A stretch of 61,332 nucleotides of DNA from Candidatus Peribacteria bacterium (GTDB taxonomy: Bacteria > Patescibacteriota > Gracilibacteria > UBA1369 > 2-02-FULL-48-14), in assembly GCA_943354505.1 (NCBI GenBank), contig CALRCE010000004.1:1-61332 (forward strand), in the 5' to 3' direction. Shown one piece after another: positions 29,536 through 40,186 of the stretch; the first letter of the stretch is position 1, and the number at the start of each line of letters is the position of its first letter. The notes beneath the pieces were generated by a model, which saw only the letters and a list, made by a program, of their open reading frames with translations, searched no databases and was not told where the DNA came from. The translations under genes and the position numbers were made by a program.

Positions 29536-30462
29536 ATGCAAGCTAAGATTGATTTCGCTGTTGGAGGGCAAGCCGTACTTGAAGGCGTGATGATGCGTTC
29601 CCCGCACCACACCATTGTCAGTGTTCGCGATCCTCAAGGGAAAATCAAAGTTCGTCAGACCCCTTTTAAGAGCTGGACGGAACGTTATCCTTTTTTGAAT
29701 GTGCCCTTGCTGCGAGGCCTGGTTCATTTGTTTGAATCCATGCGCATGGGGTACAGCGCGCTGGACTACTCAAACTCCGTTTTCACCGGTGCGGACGAGG
29801 AGGAAGCTAAAGGAAAGCTCAGCCGGATTTTGTGGGGTGTTTTTAGTGTGGTTTACGCTCTGTTCACCCTGGCGGTGACCTTGCTCCTTTTGAAGGTTTT
29901 GCCCTTGTGGGTGGCGGAACAAGCGGCGGCACTCTGGCCTTTTGTGAAGGCACACTATTTGGTGTTCAACGCCATTGATGGAGTGGTGAAGATTTCTGTC
30001 TTCTTGCTGTACATCTCTTCGATTGCGTTCTTTAAAGACATTCATCGGGTGTTTCAATACCATGGAGCAGAACACAAATCGATTTGGACTTATGAGAAGG
30101 GTCTGGCCCTCACGGTGGAAAATGCTCGCAAACAAACACGCTTTCATCCTCGCTGTGGAACCAGTTTTATTTTTATTGTGATTTTAATGAGTGTGTTTGC
30201 TTACACTTTGATTCCTCCCGCAGAAACCTTCATGGGAATGCTCGGGCAAAGACTTGCTGTGATTCCTTTGGTGGCGGGCGTGAGCTATGAGGCTCTCAAG
30301 TTGAGCGCCAAATTCCAAGGCAAAACGTGGGTGCAGTTTCTGATGGCACCGGGTCTATTTTTGCAGCGCCTAACGACCCGTGAACCGGATGACGCTCAAT
30401 TGGAAGTGGCCCTCCACTCTTTAAAGATTTCGCTCGTGGCCGAGGATTTGCCCGTGCTTTGA
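29536..30462 (+). CDS. DUF1385 membrane protein
   Basis: GGQAVLEGVMMR, FQYHGAEHK, HPRCGTSF, LTTREPD. Confidence 0.93.
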   Translation: MQAKIDFAVGGQAVLEGVMMRSPHHTIVSVRDPQGKIKVRQTPFKSWTERYPFLNVPLLRGLVHLFESMRMGYSALDYSNSVFTGADEEEAKGKLSRILWGVFSVVYALFTLAVTLLLLKVLPLWVAEQAAALWPFVKAHYLVFNAIDGVVKISVFLLYISSIAFFKDIHRVFQYHGAEHKSIWTYEKGLALTVENARKQTRFHPRCGTSFIFIVILMSVFAYTLIPPAETFMGMLGQRLAVIPLVAGVSYEALKLSAKFQGKTWVQFLMAPGLFLQRLTTREPDDAQLEVALHSLKISLVAEDLPVL

Positions 30463-30477
30463 TTTTAAACTTAGACT

Positions 30478-32439
30478 ATGGAAATTCGTAAAATTGCTCG
30501 TAAAAAACCGCGTGTTGCGATGCTGATCGACACCTGGTTCCCGGTGCACACGGGAGAACAAGTGTATGCGGCGAAACTTTCTGAAGCCTTAGCCAATGAA
30601 TGCGGCTACGAGGTGGATATTTTTACGCGGGCGATCAAGGGCAAACTCAGCTCCGAAGAAAAGTCGGTGGAGCACGCGGAAGCGATTCGTGTGAAACACA
30701 TCGGGTTTGAGAGTCACCCTTGGAACATTGTGATGCAGCTGTGGTACGTGATTCGCGTGTTTTTCTCTTTGGTCTTCGCGGGCAAAAAATATCAACTCTA
30801 CCATGCTCACACGGCCACCACGGCTTTTGCCATGAAGACAGCTTCTTGGTTCACGCAAGTTCCCACCTTGCTCACGGTGCACGCCAATCATGTATTTGAT
30901 GGCACTTGGACTCTACGTAAGATCGTGCATCGCGTGATGTTTTTGGAAACCAAATACAATCAAGAAATCAGCATTGGTGAAGCCTTTTTGAAGGCTCACA
31001 ATGTGAATGAAAACGTGATGGTGGTGCCTTATGGAGTGGACACCGCCCCTTTTGATGCGGTGCAAGTGGAAAAGCATCCTGAACAATTCAATGTGCTGTA
31101 CGTGGGGCGACTGAACTTGGAGAAAGGGCTGGACGTGCTTTTTAAAGCGACGCAAAGAGTGATTGAAGGGAATGGTTTTATTCAATCCCATAAGGATTTT
31201 CAACTTCACTTGGCCGGCACGGGACCCGATCGCGTTTTTCTTGAAGATTTGGCGGAGAAACTGGGGATCAAGAAATACATTCGTTTCCACGGTTTGGTGC
31301 AAGGCGAAGCCTTGATCCAACTGTATAAAGGGGCGGATCTTTTTGTTTTGCCTTCTCGCAATGAGGCCCTCCCCTTTGCGGTGCTTGAGGCGTGTGCGGC
31401 TCGTTTGCCAATCCTGGCCACTCAAGTGGGGGATTTAAAAAAATTGGTTTTAGAAAAACTCAATGGACACTTGGTGGAGCCGGAGGATGTGGATGAGTTG
31501 GCCTTTTACTTGGAACATTTTGCCAGCAATCCTTCTTTGGAACGTTTGGGGCAAGGCAGTTATGATCTTGTGATCCAAGAGTACAGCTGGGATTCCATTT
31601 TGGAGAAGATGCTGCGTATTTACGAGCATGTGATTCAAGAACGAACCTTGAGCAAGATGGCCCAAAAAGAACATTATTTGAATCCTCTCGTTTTGCCTTT
31701 TGCTTTACTCAAGGCGCAGATTTATCGCAAAGAGTCGACTCAAAAAGCTCCTTTTTTGTTTTGCATGACGGTGGACTTGGAGCAAGACTCGCCGAGTGAA
31801 CTCGCTCATGAAAATTCGAGTTTGCTGCCTTTCTTGGAACGCTATTCGGAGTTTTCGGCGCAGTGGCTCATGCCCACGACGTTTTTTGTGCAAGCGAGTT
31901 TGCTCGAAAATTTTGCAGAAGAATTGAAAACGCTGCAAGACAGTGGCCACGAGCTGGGTGTGAAGTTTGGTCAAAATGAGTGGCTCAGTTTGCCTATTAA
32001 AAAGAAAGCACTCCGCCTGGTGCGAGAGACGGCGCAAAAAGTTGAAATGGACCTCCGCTTCTTTAAAGCTCCACTAGAACCTGAGGACGAAGACCTGGAT
32101 TTGGCTCACGAACAAGGCTTTGATCACTTGCCCGTCACTGAAGATCCCGACCCTCTCATCGTGTGGCGTTACGGCCTCCCTTTTGGGAAAGTGATCAAAA
32201 TGAATGTGGAAACTTTGCTTCGCCTCAGTGAAAAAGAATGGCTGGAGGCGTTGCATCGTATTCGTAATTACCAAAAGCAGCATGGCGTGAAACCTTTTAT
32301 TATTTTTGAATGGAAAATTTCGGAGCATGGCGATGGAGAAACGTTCACGGAAGTTTCCAAGAAACTCAGCGCCCTCAAAGAGCGTTTTGGGGTGGAGTTC
32401 GTGACCTTGATCGACTTCTGCAAGTCCTGTAGTCTCTAG
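30478..32439 (+). CDS. GT4 glycosyltransferase fused to a degenerate polysaccharide-deacetylase-like domain
   Basis: VGRLNLEKG, PSRNEALPFAVLEA; C-domain MTVDLE...TTFFV...GHELG...FKAP. Confidence 0.85.
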   Translation: MEIRKIARKKPRVAMLIDTWFPVHTGEQVYAAKLSEALANECGYEVDIFTRAIKGKLSSEEKSVEHAEAIRVKHIGFESHPWNIVMQLWYVIRVFFSLVFAGKKYQLYHAHTATTAFAMKTASWFTQVPTLLTVHANHVFDGTWTLRKIVHRVMFLETKYNQEISIGEAFLKAHNVNENVMVVPYGVDTAPFDAVQVEKHPEQFNVLYVGRLNLEKGLDVLFKATQRVIEGNGFIQSHKDFQLHLAGTGPDRVFLEDLAEKLGIKKYIRFHGLVQGEALIQLYKGADLFVLPSRNEALPFAVLEACAARLPILATQVGDLKKLVLEKLNGHLVEPEDVDELAFYLEHFASNPSLERLGQGSYDLVIQEYSWDSILEKMLRIYEHVIQERTLSKMAQKEHYLNPLVLPFALLKAQIYRKESTQKAPFLFCMTVDLEQDSPSELAHENSSLLPFLERYSEFSAQWLMPTTFFVQASLLENFAEELKTLQDSGHELGVKFGQNEWLSLPIKKKALRLVRETAQKVEMDLRFFKAPLEPEDEDLDLAHEQGFDHLPVTEDPDPLIVWRYGLPFGKVIKMNVETLLRLSEKEWLEALHRIRNYQKQHGVKPFIIFEWKISEHGDGETFTEVSKKLSALKERFGVEFVTLIDFCKSCSL

Positions 32440-32463
32440 CCTCCGTTAGCCTTTTTTTTCTTT

Positions 32464-33594
32464 ATGTATTTCTTCACTTCTGAATCCGTTACTGAAGGGC
32501 ATCCTGATAAAATTGCCGATCAAATTTCGGATGCGGTTTTGGATGCCATTTTGGCTAAGGATCCCATGGGGCGTGTGGCCTGTGAAACCTTGGTGACAAC
32601 CGGACTTGTTTTGGTGGCGGGAGAGATCACGACTTCGACCTATGTGGACATTCCAAAAATTGCGCGTGGGGTGATTGAAGAAGTGGGTTACAACGATGCG
32701 GCGTATGGATTTGATTCTCAAGCGTGTGCGGTGCTCACGGCCATCGACGAACAGAGTCCCGACATTGCCATGGGAGTGGACACCGGCGGCGCCGGCGATC
32801 AAGGAATGATGTTTGGTTACGCGAGCACTGAGACTCCGGAACTCATGCCTTTGCCGATTGCTTTGGCGCACAAACTCACGGCTAAGCTCGCGGAAGTTCG
32901 CAAGTCTGGAGTACTTCCCTATTTGCGACCCGACGGCAAAAGCCAAGTGACCGTGGAATATGATGACAGTGGAAAACCCAAGCGTGTGCACACGGTGGTT
33001 TTGTCCACGCAGCACGGTCCTGAAGTTTCTCAAGAACAAATCAAAGCGGATGTGATTCGTGAAGTGATTCAACCTGTTTGTGGCACTTATTTGGACGCCG
33101 AAACGGTGTTCCACGTGAACCCCACGGGACGCTTCATCATTGGAGGGCCTCCAGGGGACAGTGGACTGACCGGACGCAAGATCATTGTGGACACCTACGG
33201 CGGCATGGGCCACCACGGAGGAGGCTGCTTCTCCGGCAAAGATCCGAGCAAAGTGGATCGCAGCGGAGCCTACATGGGACGTTACATTGCTAAGAATTTG
33301 GTGGCGGCAAAACTTGCCGAAAAAGTGGAAATTCAAATCGCCTACGCGATTGGGGTGAAGGATCCGGTTTCCATTTATGTGAACAGTTTCGGCACCGGAA
33401 AAGTGCCTGATGCTCGCTTGGCAGAAATCGTGAAAGAAGAATTCGACCTCACCCCGGCCGGCATCATCAAGACTTTGGATTTGCGCCGGCCTATTTATAA
33501 AAAGACGGCGGCTTACGGTCACTTTGGCCGTGAACTCCCTGAATTCTCTTGGGAAAGAATAGACCGCGCTTCTTCCCTTTCTTCTAAACTTTAA
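32464..33594 (+). CDS. metK: S-adenosylmethionine synthetase
   Basis: [39 protein letters not shown]. Confidence 0.99.
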   Translation: MYFFTSESVTEGHPDKIADQISDAVLDAILAKDPMGRVACETLVTTGLVLVAGEITTSTYVDIPKIARGVIEEVGYNDAAYGFDSQACAVLTAIDEQSPDIAMGVDTGGAGDQGMMFGYASTETPELMPLPIALAHKLTAKLAEVRKSGVLPYLRPDGKSQVTVEYDDSGKPKRVHTVVLSTQHGPEVSQEQIKADVIREVIQPVCGTYLDAETVFHVNPTGRFIIGGPPGDSGLTGRKIIVDTYGGMGHHGGGCFSGKDPSKVDRSGAYMGRYIAKNLVAAKLAEKVEIQIAYAIGVKDPVSIYVNSFGTGKVPDARLAEIVKEEFDLTPAGIIKTLDLRRPIYKKTAAYGHFGRELPEFSWERIDRASSLSSKL

Positions 33595-33598
33595 ATTC

Positions 33599-34840
33599 AT
33601 GTCCACCTCTCTCGAAGAACAAGGCCGTCTGAACATTGATCTCGCCGAACAAAACATGGGCGCGCTCATGGCCATTCGTGCTCGCTTTAAAAAAGAACAG
33701 CCTTTCAAAGGTCTTCGCATTGGACTGGCGCTTCACATCACCAAAGAGACAGCCGTTTTGGTGCGCACGCTCCGTGACGGAGGCGCTGCAGTGGCGCTGT
33801 GCAGCTGCAACCCTCTCTCCACTCAAGACGATGTGGCCGCGGCGCTCGACAAAGAAAAAGGAATTCGAGCTTATGGACACAAAGGAGAGAACACCAAGGA
33901 GTATTACGAGTATTTGCAAAAGGTTTTGGATTTTTTGCCCAATGTGGTGATCGACGACGGCTGTGATTTGGTCACGGCGCTCGCCACTCGGGAACGCAAA
34001 AAAGCCGCGAATGTGATCGGCGGCTGTGAAGAAACAACAACGGGAATCGTGAGACTCAAGGCGATGGAAAAAGAAGGAGTGCTTCCCTTCCCCATGATTG
34101 CCGTGAACGACAATCAAACCAAGCATTTGATGGACAATTTGTACGGCACGGGCCAATCCACTTTGGATGGGATTTTGCGCGCCAGCAATGTGATGTTTGC
34201 CGGCAAGACCGCGGTGGTCGCTGGTTATGGCTCTTGTGGAAAAGGAGTTTCTCTGCGCCTTCGTGGCATGGGCGCTCAAGTGATTGTGACCGAAGTGGAT
34301 CCTTTTAGAGCTTTGCAAGCCGTGATGGATGGACACCGTGTGATGACGATGAAGGAGGCGGCGGCTCTTGGGGATATTTTTGTGACCGTGACGGGCGACT
34401 TGGATGTGATCACGCCTGCGCACATGAAGCTCATGAAGAGTGGTGCCATTTTAGCGAATAGCGGGCATTTCGACTGCGAAATCGACGTGAAGGGTCTACG
34501 AGACCTTTCTAAGAGTACGCGCCTCATTAGGCCTTCTATGGAGGAATTCACGCTGCCCAATGGCAATGTTATTTTTGTGCTCGGTGAAGGACGCCTCGTG
34601 AACCTTGCGGCGGCCGAAGGCCACCCCAGCGAAGTCATGTCTCTGAGTTTCTGCGGACAAGCCCTCGCCTGCGAATACTTAGTCAAGAACGCCAAGAAAC
34701 TCACCAAGGCCGTGTACACTCTGCCTGCGGAAGTGGATCAAACGATTGCCGCTTTGCAGCTTGAGACCATGGACATTTCTATCGACACTCTCACGGCCAA
34801 GCAAAAGAAGTACCTCAGCTCTTGGCAGGAAGGAACGTGA
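33599..34840 (+). CDS. ahcY: Adenosylhomocysteinase
   Basis: SCNPLSTQDD, EETTTG, DNLYGTGQS, GHFDCEID, GRLVNL..AEGHP. Confidence 0.98.
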   Translation: MSTSLEEQGRLNIDLAEQNMGALMAIRARFKKEQPFKGLRIGLALHITKETAVLVRTLRDGGAAVALCSCNPLSTQDDVAAALDKEKGIRAYGHKGENTKEYYEYLQKVLDFLPNVVIDDGCDLVTALATRERKKAANVIGGCEETTTGIVRLKAMEKEGVLPFPMIAVNDNQTKHLMDNLYGTGQSTLDGILRASNVMFAGKTAVVAGYGSCGKGVSLRLRGMGAQVIVTEVDPFRALQAVMDGHRVMTMKEAAALGDIFVTVTGDLDVITPAHMKLMKSGAILANSGHFDCEIDVKGLRDLSKSTRLIRPSMEEFTLPNGNVIFVLGEGRLVNLAAAEGHPSEVMSLSFCGQALACEYLVKNAKKLTKAVYTLPAEVDQTIAALQLETMDISIDTLTAKQKKYLSSWQEGT

Positions 34841-35170
34841 TTACCCTTCCCTTTCATAAATTACCACCCCTGTTTTTAAAATTTCCTCTTTGAATCGGGA
34901 GTCACTAATTTCGTCTAGATAGACTACATCGAATTGATAAGGTATCACCGTGTCTTCTTCTAGATCGAGCCTAAAATGTCTGGCGTTCAATCCAGCATTT
35001 TCTTCTAAAACGAGACATAGGTCGACGTCAGAGCGTTCTTCATGAGTGCCTTTTGCTCGAGAGCCAAAGAGAATGATTTTTTGTATATCAGGAAGAGCAC
35101 TGGCCAGCTTGCCGATCATTTGAATGTAGCGCTCTTCTAGGCCTTCAACTTTGGGTTTGGATCCAATCAT
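34841..35170 (-). CDS. Minimal nucleotidyltransferase (MNT, HI0073-like) antitoxin
   Basis: LFGSRAKG...SDVDL; EILKTGVVIYE; exact start uncertain. Confidence 0.88.
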   Translation of the reverse strand: MIGSKPKVEGLEERYIQMIGKLASALPDIQKIILFGSRAKGTHEERSDVDLCLVLEENAGLNARHFRLDLEEDTVIPYQFDVVYLDEISDSRFKEEILKTGVVIYEREG

Positions 35171-35549
35171 AGAACTTATGAAAAAGTGGACTGAACTCCT
35201 CAACGATCATGGTGGCCATTTTCACAGAAAAATCTTCGTCGTAGTTGTGAGAGGTTTCATTCCTGTAGTCGACCATGCGAAGCCATTGCTCACCTTCGTT
35301 GATGAGTTTGTGTTCGTAGGCTTTACGAAGGACGTCTTTTGGGGTGGAGGAATCTTTTTCTCCTTTCCCTTCCAAATAAAGTTTCATCACTCTCCATGCC
35401 AACTCAATGCAAAATTCAAAGTTTTTGATCAAGCCCGCTCGAATCACTTTGTTTGCTGGGTTTATCAGATACTGCCCTTTAGCTTCTTCCAAAGAAAGAA
35501 GTGCCCTTCTGTAGTTCTCTAGCTTGTTAGTCCATTTGTCTTCATTCAT
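35145..35549 (-). CDS. HEPN toxin, HI0074 family
   Basis: GLIKNFEFCIELAW, RNETSHNY (RX4HXY). Confidence 0.9.
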   Translation of the reverse strand: MNEDKWTNKLENYRRALLSLEEAKGQYLINPANKVIRAGLIKNFEFCIELAWRVMKLYLEGKGEKDSSTPKDVLRKAYEHKLINEGEQWLRMVDYRNETSHNYDEDFSVKMATMIVEEFSPLFHKFYDWIQTQS

Positions 35550-35603
35550 GTTTTTATTTTATAAGCATCCATGCCTCTCTTGCAACCCTCGTTTCCATGT
35601 AAC

Positions 35604-35638
35604 GCAAAAGCCCCCTCTCTTGCGAGAGGGGGCTTTGC
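35604..35638 (-). terminator. Intrinsic terminator of the S-layer gene
   Basis: AAAGCCCCCTCTC-GCAA-GAGAGGGGGCTTTT on the minus strand. Confidence 0.85.
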
Positions 35639-35684
35639 TGGATTTCAGCTAGTCGCTGTACCAGGATCGAATCCTAAGCGAGGC

Positions 35685-38600
35685 TTAAGCTTCAGATACC
35701 TTGGTAGCAGTGAGTCTAGTGGTTGTACCCATGTAGACGGATCCACGAGTGGTTCCGACTGAAGAGTCGTTCCAATCCAACCAAGCGGCGTTGATGTTGT
35801 CCACTTTAACTTGAACGTATTCACCATCTGTATCCGCATCAAGCGCTACAGTAGCGTAAATTCCAAGATAAATGGTTTCACCTGGATCGATTTCGAGATC
35901 GGCGTCATCGAATTGACCGTCGGTCAAGAATTCAACCTGTACTCCAGAGGAGTTTGGTGTGGTGTCAGTAGCATCAGCAGTGGAAGATGTTCCAAGAAGA
36001 TCTACACGAACCGCACTTGGTAGGGTAGGCCCAACCGTGTCCAATCCAAAGTACATGTTGACGTTCACTTCAGCGAGGATGGTTTCAATGTCTGTACCAT
36101 CGGCTTCAGTGTTGTCTGTGTCGTCTGTGGTGACAGCAAGAATGGCAACGAGGTTTTCACCACCAGTCAATACTGTTTCGACTTCTTCTCCAGATGGAGC
36201 AGAGTCAACGAATTCAACATTGCTGATACGAGAAGCTACAACGTCCCAGAGTTCAGTAGCTGCAGTACCTGTATCACCATCATCATCGTCTTCGTAGATG
36301 ACTTCACCAGCATCTTCTGTGACATCTACGTCATCAGCTTCTTCGGTGAAAGTGTCATTGGAGTCTGCTCCAGTAACAACATCTGTAGACAATGTGAAGC
36401 TTGCAGTTGGTGCAGAGGCTGCGCTGTCGATTCTTCCGGCGAATTCTTCACCGTAACCAAGAAGGTCTCCAACGAAGTAGTAAGTCACTGTTTCTCCTGC
36501 GTAAGCAGTCAATTCAGTGGAGGTACTGTCGAAGGATATTGTAGTGGTTTCATCGCTGAGGTTCTTGCTTCCAACCAATACTCCGTCTTCATCGTAGATG
36601 TAGATAGTGGAGAAGTAAGTGGAAAGGTTGTCTTCAGCTGATGCTGCAGTGAGAGTGTATTCCTCCATCACCACATCTTCGTTTTCAGCACGAACTTCCA
36701 TGGTCATGAGACCTACTCCGTCTTCTCCAGCAAGGAGCCAACGAGCAGCTTCAGTTCCATAGGTGTCGTCTGTGTTGTCTACGTTGATGTAGAGAGTACC
36801 GGTAGCAACGAGGTTGATGGTACGTCCAGACCATGGAGCTGTATCAGCACCCGTGAAGTCTCCGTCCAAATCAGAATCTCCGGCATCGTAGACTTCGTTG
36901 TTTTCGTCGTCTCGAACGTCGTAGGCACCTACAGTGGCACGGAAGTCGTCACCACCAATACCTGAGTCGTCAACGAAACTGACGTAAACACGGAAGGTTT
37001 CTGTGGAATTTTGAGCGATAGTGATGTCACTGAAGTCAAAGTTCACTGGAGTTCCTTCTGTGGAGTCTGTGGTTCCAAGGTTGGATCCAGAAACAGAGTC
37101 CAAGAGAGTTTCAGTGTCGTCTGCGTTCACTTGGTAGAGGTCTACGCTAGTGATGTTGGAGTTGTCTGCATCTTCTCCAGATTCTGCGTATGTAGAGTCT
37201 CCGTCTTCATCAACCGTGACATAAGCGTCAAGATCTTTGATCGTAAGGTCAGAAACGTCAGCAGATTCTTCCATTTCGAATTCAAGAGCGAGAACATCAT
37301 CGCTTCCCACTACTGCATCCTTAGAGGAAGAGAGGGAGAGGCCGCTGATGTCTACTCCTGCTGTTTCTCCGTCCAATTGGTTGAAGGAAACGGCAGAAGG
37401 TGTGAAGTCGGTCACTTGATCTCCAGAAGCGTCTTCTTCGATGACAAGGCCATCGGTAGCGGCTCCTGTTCCGAGATTGTCGAGAGCGATTTCAACAGTG
37501 AAGTCGGTGTAATCCACGATGGATCCACCAATGTTGGTTTCAACTTCGTCTGTTGAGAAGGAGTCGGCGTACACAATGAATTCATAAACAGTTCCCTCAG
37601 TGAGGGTCTTGTCCGTGTCAACGGTGTAGGTTTCAGTAGCTCCTGCAGCTCCATCGATATCCATGGAGTTGTTGGAACCGTTTACGGAAACTGTGAAGTT
37701 TTCGAAGAGATCAGAAACGTTGGAAGCAGGGTTGGAACCATCAGTCACTGTAACGTCGAGGTTAACAGTGTTGAGGGTGAGACCATCTGTACCAGGAGTG
37801 ACTTCGAAACGTCCAAGTTCAACGTCATCACGGTCCGCACGGAACTTGTCGGATTCAGCATCGTAAGCAACGACAGAAACTGCCCCTGCATCAATGTTGA
37901 AGTCGTCACCAGAGTCGTAATCGTAAGTGCTTGTTACAGCAACGTTGTTGTCGTCTTCGTCGGTAGCGAGTACATCGAGTTCTTCTTCAAGAGAGAAATT
38001 CAAAGTCTCAGAAGATTCACCGATGACACGAGCACGAACTTCGAAGGATTCTCGGTTTCCTGATTCGATCATAGGAGCTGTGTATTCATCCATTTGGAAG
38101 GAAACATAGTCTCCGTTTTGAGTTCCGTCAGCGACCCAGTCTCCATCGAAGTAGAGAGCGAGTTCATCGACAGCATCCTCAAGATTGGCTGTACCATTGT
38201 TTTCAAGGGTAACAGACCAAAGCCATACGTCCTTGTTGTTACCACTGTCTTCTTCGATTTCGAAGGAAGCGATTACAGCATCGGTCTCTCCAACTTGTAC
38301 ATCGGAAGGAACTTCGTCAAGAGTGACGGTTACTTCACCTGTGTCGTTTTCAAGGAGTCCGAAGATTCCTGTGGTGAGATCGTTTTCAACTTCAACGGAT
38401 CCAGCATCGGATTCGATCATTGAAGAGTCGAATGCGTAGCTGTAAAGAGTGGAAGTGTTGGCTGGACCAGCGGCTTCGAAGGTGTTCATCAAACGGAAGT
38501 TTTCAGAAGTACCAGCGGCAACTGTGTAACCTCCATTGAGCATGCTCATGTGAGCCATGTCGTCGGAGTCGATGGAAGTGTCCACCTTAGAGATACGAGT

Positions 38601-39485
38601 TCCTTCTGCATTGTAAAGTGCAAGTGCAAGAATGGAATCGTTGTCTCCAGAAGCGAGTTCAACTTCGAAAGCAGTTACAACCACATCTTCGTCAGAAGCG
38701 GTGACTTCGAAGTCAGCGACTTCAGCGTTGGTTCCAGCAGAGAAGTACGTGTAGTCTTCAGCGCTGTCGTCTGCGAGGATAACCTCGAGAGAACCACCAC
38801 CTGTTGTGTCGTCGTCATCGTCATCATCGTCTCCTGTTGAGGGAGGATTGTAGACTGGGTTTTCAGCGTTGTAGGTCATCTTAGCGGCTTGACCACGAGT
38901 GACATAGTCACCAGGGCCCATATCGCCGTTTTCGTAACCAGACATTACGCCATAGACGTAAGCTGTACCCATGTATTCATCGTACCAAGCTCCAGCTACG
39001 ACGTCGTCGAACCAGTCGCTAGCCATCGTTCCATCGTTGGAAAGACCAGCTGCGGTGACGGCCATCTTAGCGAATTCAGCGCGAGATACATTGTCGGTAG
39101 CGTTACAGTTTCCATCAGCGTCTCCTTCCAAAACTCCCATTTCATTGGCAGTTGCAAGGTAGTCCTCAGCCCAAGAAGAATAAGATCCGGAGCAAGTGAC
39201 TGTTGCAGAAGTGTCTACTGTGAAGAATGCCATAACGAGGACCTTAGCGGCTTGCTCACGAGTGAGATAGTCGTTAGGACCAAAATTGTCAGTTCCTTCA
39301 TAACCTGTCATGACTCCCGCATCGGAGAGTGCATCGATTTGGTCGTAAGCGAAGTAATCGCTATCGACATCGTCGAAGGTCATACCAAATGCTGTTCCTG
39401 TGAAAACAGAAGTAGCAAGTAAGGTAGCGAGACCAAGACCAGCTATGGAACGTTGGAACTTTCGTGTAACGAAAGAGATATCCAT
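35685..39485 (-). CDS. S-layer protein (N-terminal SLH domains, very acidic beta-rich body)
   Basis: Signal peptide; FDDV...GVMTGY...LTREQAAK, VSRAEFAKM, VTRGQAAKM SLH motifs; strong codon bias; long leader; strong terminator. Confidence 0.9.
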   Translation of the reverse strand: MDISFVTRKFQRSIAGLGLATLLATSVFTGTAFGMTFDDVDSDYFAYDQIDALSDAGVMTGYEGTDNFGPNDYLTREQAAKVLVMAFFTVDTSATVTCSGSYSSWAEDYLATANEMGVLEGDADGNCNATDNVSRAEFAKMAVTAAGLSNDGTMASDWFDDVVAGAWYDEYMGTAYVYGVMSGYENGDMGPGDYVTRGQAAKMTYNAENPVYNPPSTGDDDDDDDDTTGGGSLEVILADDSAEDYTYFSAGTNAEVADFEVTASDEDVVVTAFEVELASGDNDSILALALYNAEGTRISKVDTSIDSDDMAHMSMLNGGYTVAAGTSENFRLMNTFEAAGPANTSTLYSYAFDSSMIESDAGSVEVENDLTTGIFGLLENDTGEVTVTLDEVPSDVQVGETDAVIASFEIEEDSGNNKDVWLWSVTLENNGTANLEDAVDELALYFDGDWVADGTQNGDYVSFQMDEYTAPMIESGNRESFEVRARVIGESSETLNFSLEEELDVLATDEDDNNVAVTSTYDYDSGDDFNIDAGAVSVVAYDAESDKFRADRDDVELGRFEVTPGTDGLTLNTVNLDVTVTDGSNPASNVSDLFENFTVSVNGSNNSMDIDGAAGATETYTVDTDKTLTEGTVYEFIVYADSFSTDEVETNIGGSIVDYTDFTVEIALDNLGTGAATDGLVIEEDASGDQVTDFTPSAVSFNQLDGETAGVDISGLSLSSSKDAVVGSDDVLALEFEMEESADVSDLTIKDLDAYVTVDEDGDSTYAESGEDADNSNITSVDLYQVNADDTETLLDSVSGSNLGTTDSTEGTPVNFDFSDITIAQNSTETFRVYVSFVDDSGIGGDDFRATVGAYDVRDDENNEVYDAGDSDLDGDFTGADTAPWSGRTINLVATGTLYINVDNTDDTYGTEAARWLLAGEDGVGLMTMEVRAENEDVVMEEYTLTAASAEDNLSTYFSTIYIYDEDGVLVGSKNLSDETTTISFDSTSTELTAYAGETVTYYFVGDLLGYGEEFAGRIDSAASAPTASFTLSTDVVTGADSNDTFTEEADDVDVTEDAGEVIYEDDDDGDTGTAATELWDVVASRISNVEFVDSAPSGEEVETVLTGGENLVAILAVTTDDTDNTEADGTDIETILAEVNVNMYFGLDTVGPTLPSAVRVDLLGTSSTADATDTTPNSSGVQVEFLTDGQFDDADLEIDPGETIYLGIYATVALDADTDGEYVQVKVDNINAAWLDWNDSSVGTTRGSVYMGTTTRLTATKVSEA

Positions 39486-39839
39486 AGAAAAAAATTAAAT
39501 GTGAAATAAAAGGTCAGAATAAGCAACTTATGCAGAATAAGCACTTTTTGTTTATCCACCGCTTCGACCATTAAAGCAGTAGATCCATATATAAAGGAAT
39601 AAGTGAACTTGGTTTTGTCGTCGACTCTTAATTTAGTCTTTAATATGCGCACGTGTGCGCGGCAGGTTTTCAAGGAGCAGAACGTTGAGTGTTCGTGAGT
39701 GCAAGAATGGGTTTGTTTTTGTTTGGCTGTTGCTTGGCTGTCTATAATAACGGCCCGAGTGGACAAAATGTTTCAGCTTCCTGCTTGACAGGACAATCTA
39801 GACATTGTTCTCCGTCTAGCCAGGCCACGCCTGGCCTAT

Positions 39840-39915
39840 TGGTGATCCCAAGGGGATTTGAACCCCTGTTCCAGGAATGAGAATCCTGTGTCCTGGACCC
39901 CTAGACGATGGGACC
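39840..39915 (-). tRNA. tRNA-Glu (CTC)
   Basis: GGTCCCATCGTCTAGGGGTCCAGGACACAGGATTCTCATTCCTGGAACAGGGGTTCAAATCCCCTTGGGATCACCA; cloverleaf with encoded CCA. Confidence 0.96.
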
Positions 39916-40186
39916 TCATGAGAAGGTACGGCGGAAAGTTTAGACATCCTCCCCCACTCTTTCAAGGTTTTGTGGACACTTTGGACACGCCTGTCCACTC
40001 TGACCAAACAGGTTAAAAAAGACAAGGTTTTGCGGATCAGGTTAAAAACCCTCCAAAATGGGCGTTTTTTGGCTTATTTGTCATGTAAAACTGGTTTTCT
40101 CAAAGAAGGTAGTTTGACTTGCCATTTATTAACTATGTTTTATTTTCACGCTTGCTTAAATTTGGGTTTAAACTAAAGTAGTGGGG

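Noticed and set aside
32440-32463. SAM/SAH riboswitch before metK-ahcY
   Set aside because: The gap is only 24 nt, too short for an aptamer.
32446-33720. 424-aa antisense ORF over metK (similar shadows at 13413-14531, 44476-45624 and 33584-34423)
   Set aside because: Mirror frames of conserved genes caused by codon bias; no motifs of their own.
34841-35549. HEPN-MNT pair as a novel system
   Set aside because: Matches the known HI0074/HI0073-type toxin-antitoxin family; listed as features only.
38808-38831. GAY trinucleotide run as a contingency microsatellite
   Set aside because: Mixed GAC/GAT codons encode a poly-Asp linker, which points to protein-level selection, not a pure slippage tract.
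40020-40186. CIRCE element upstream of dnaJ
   Set aside because: No TTAGCACTC-N9-GAGTGCTAA match.
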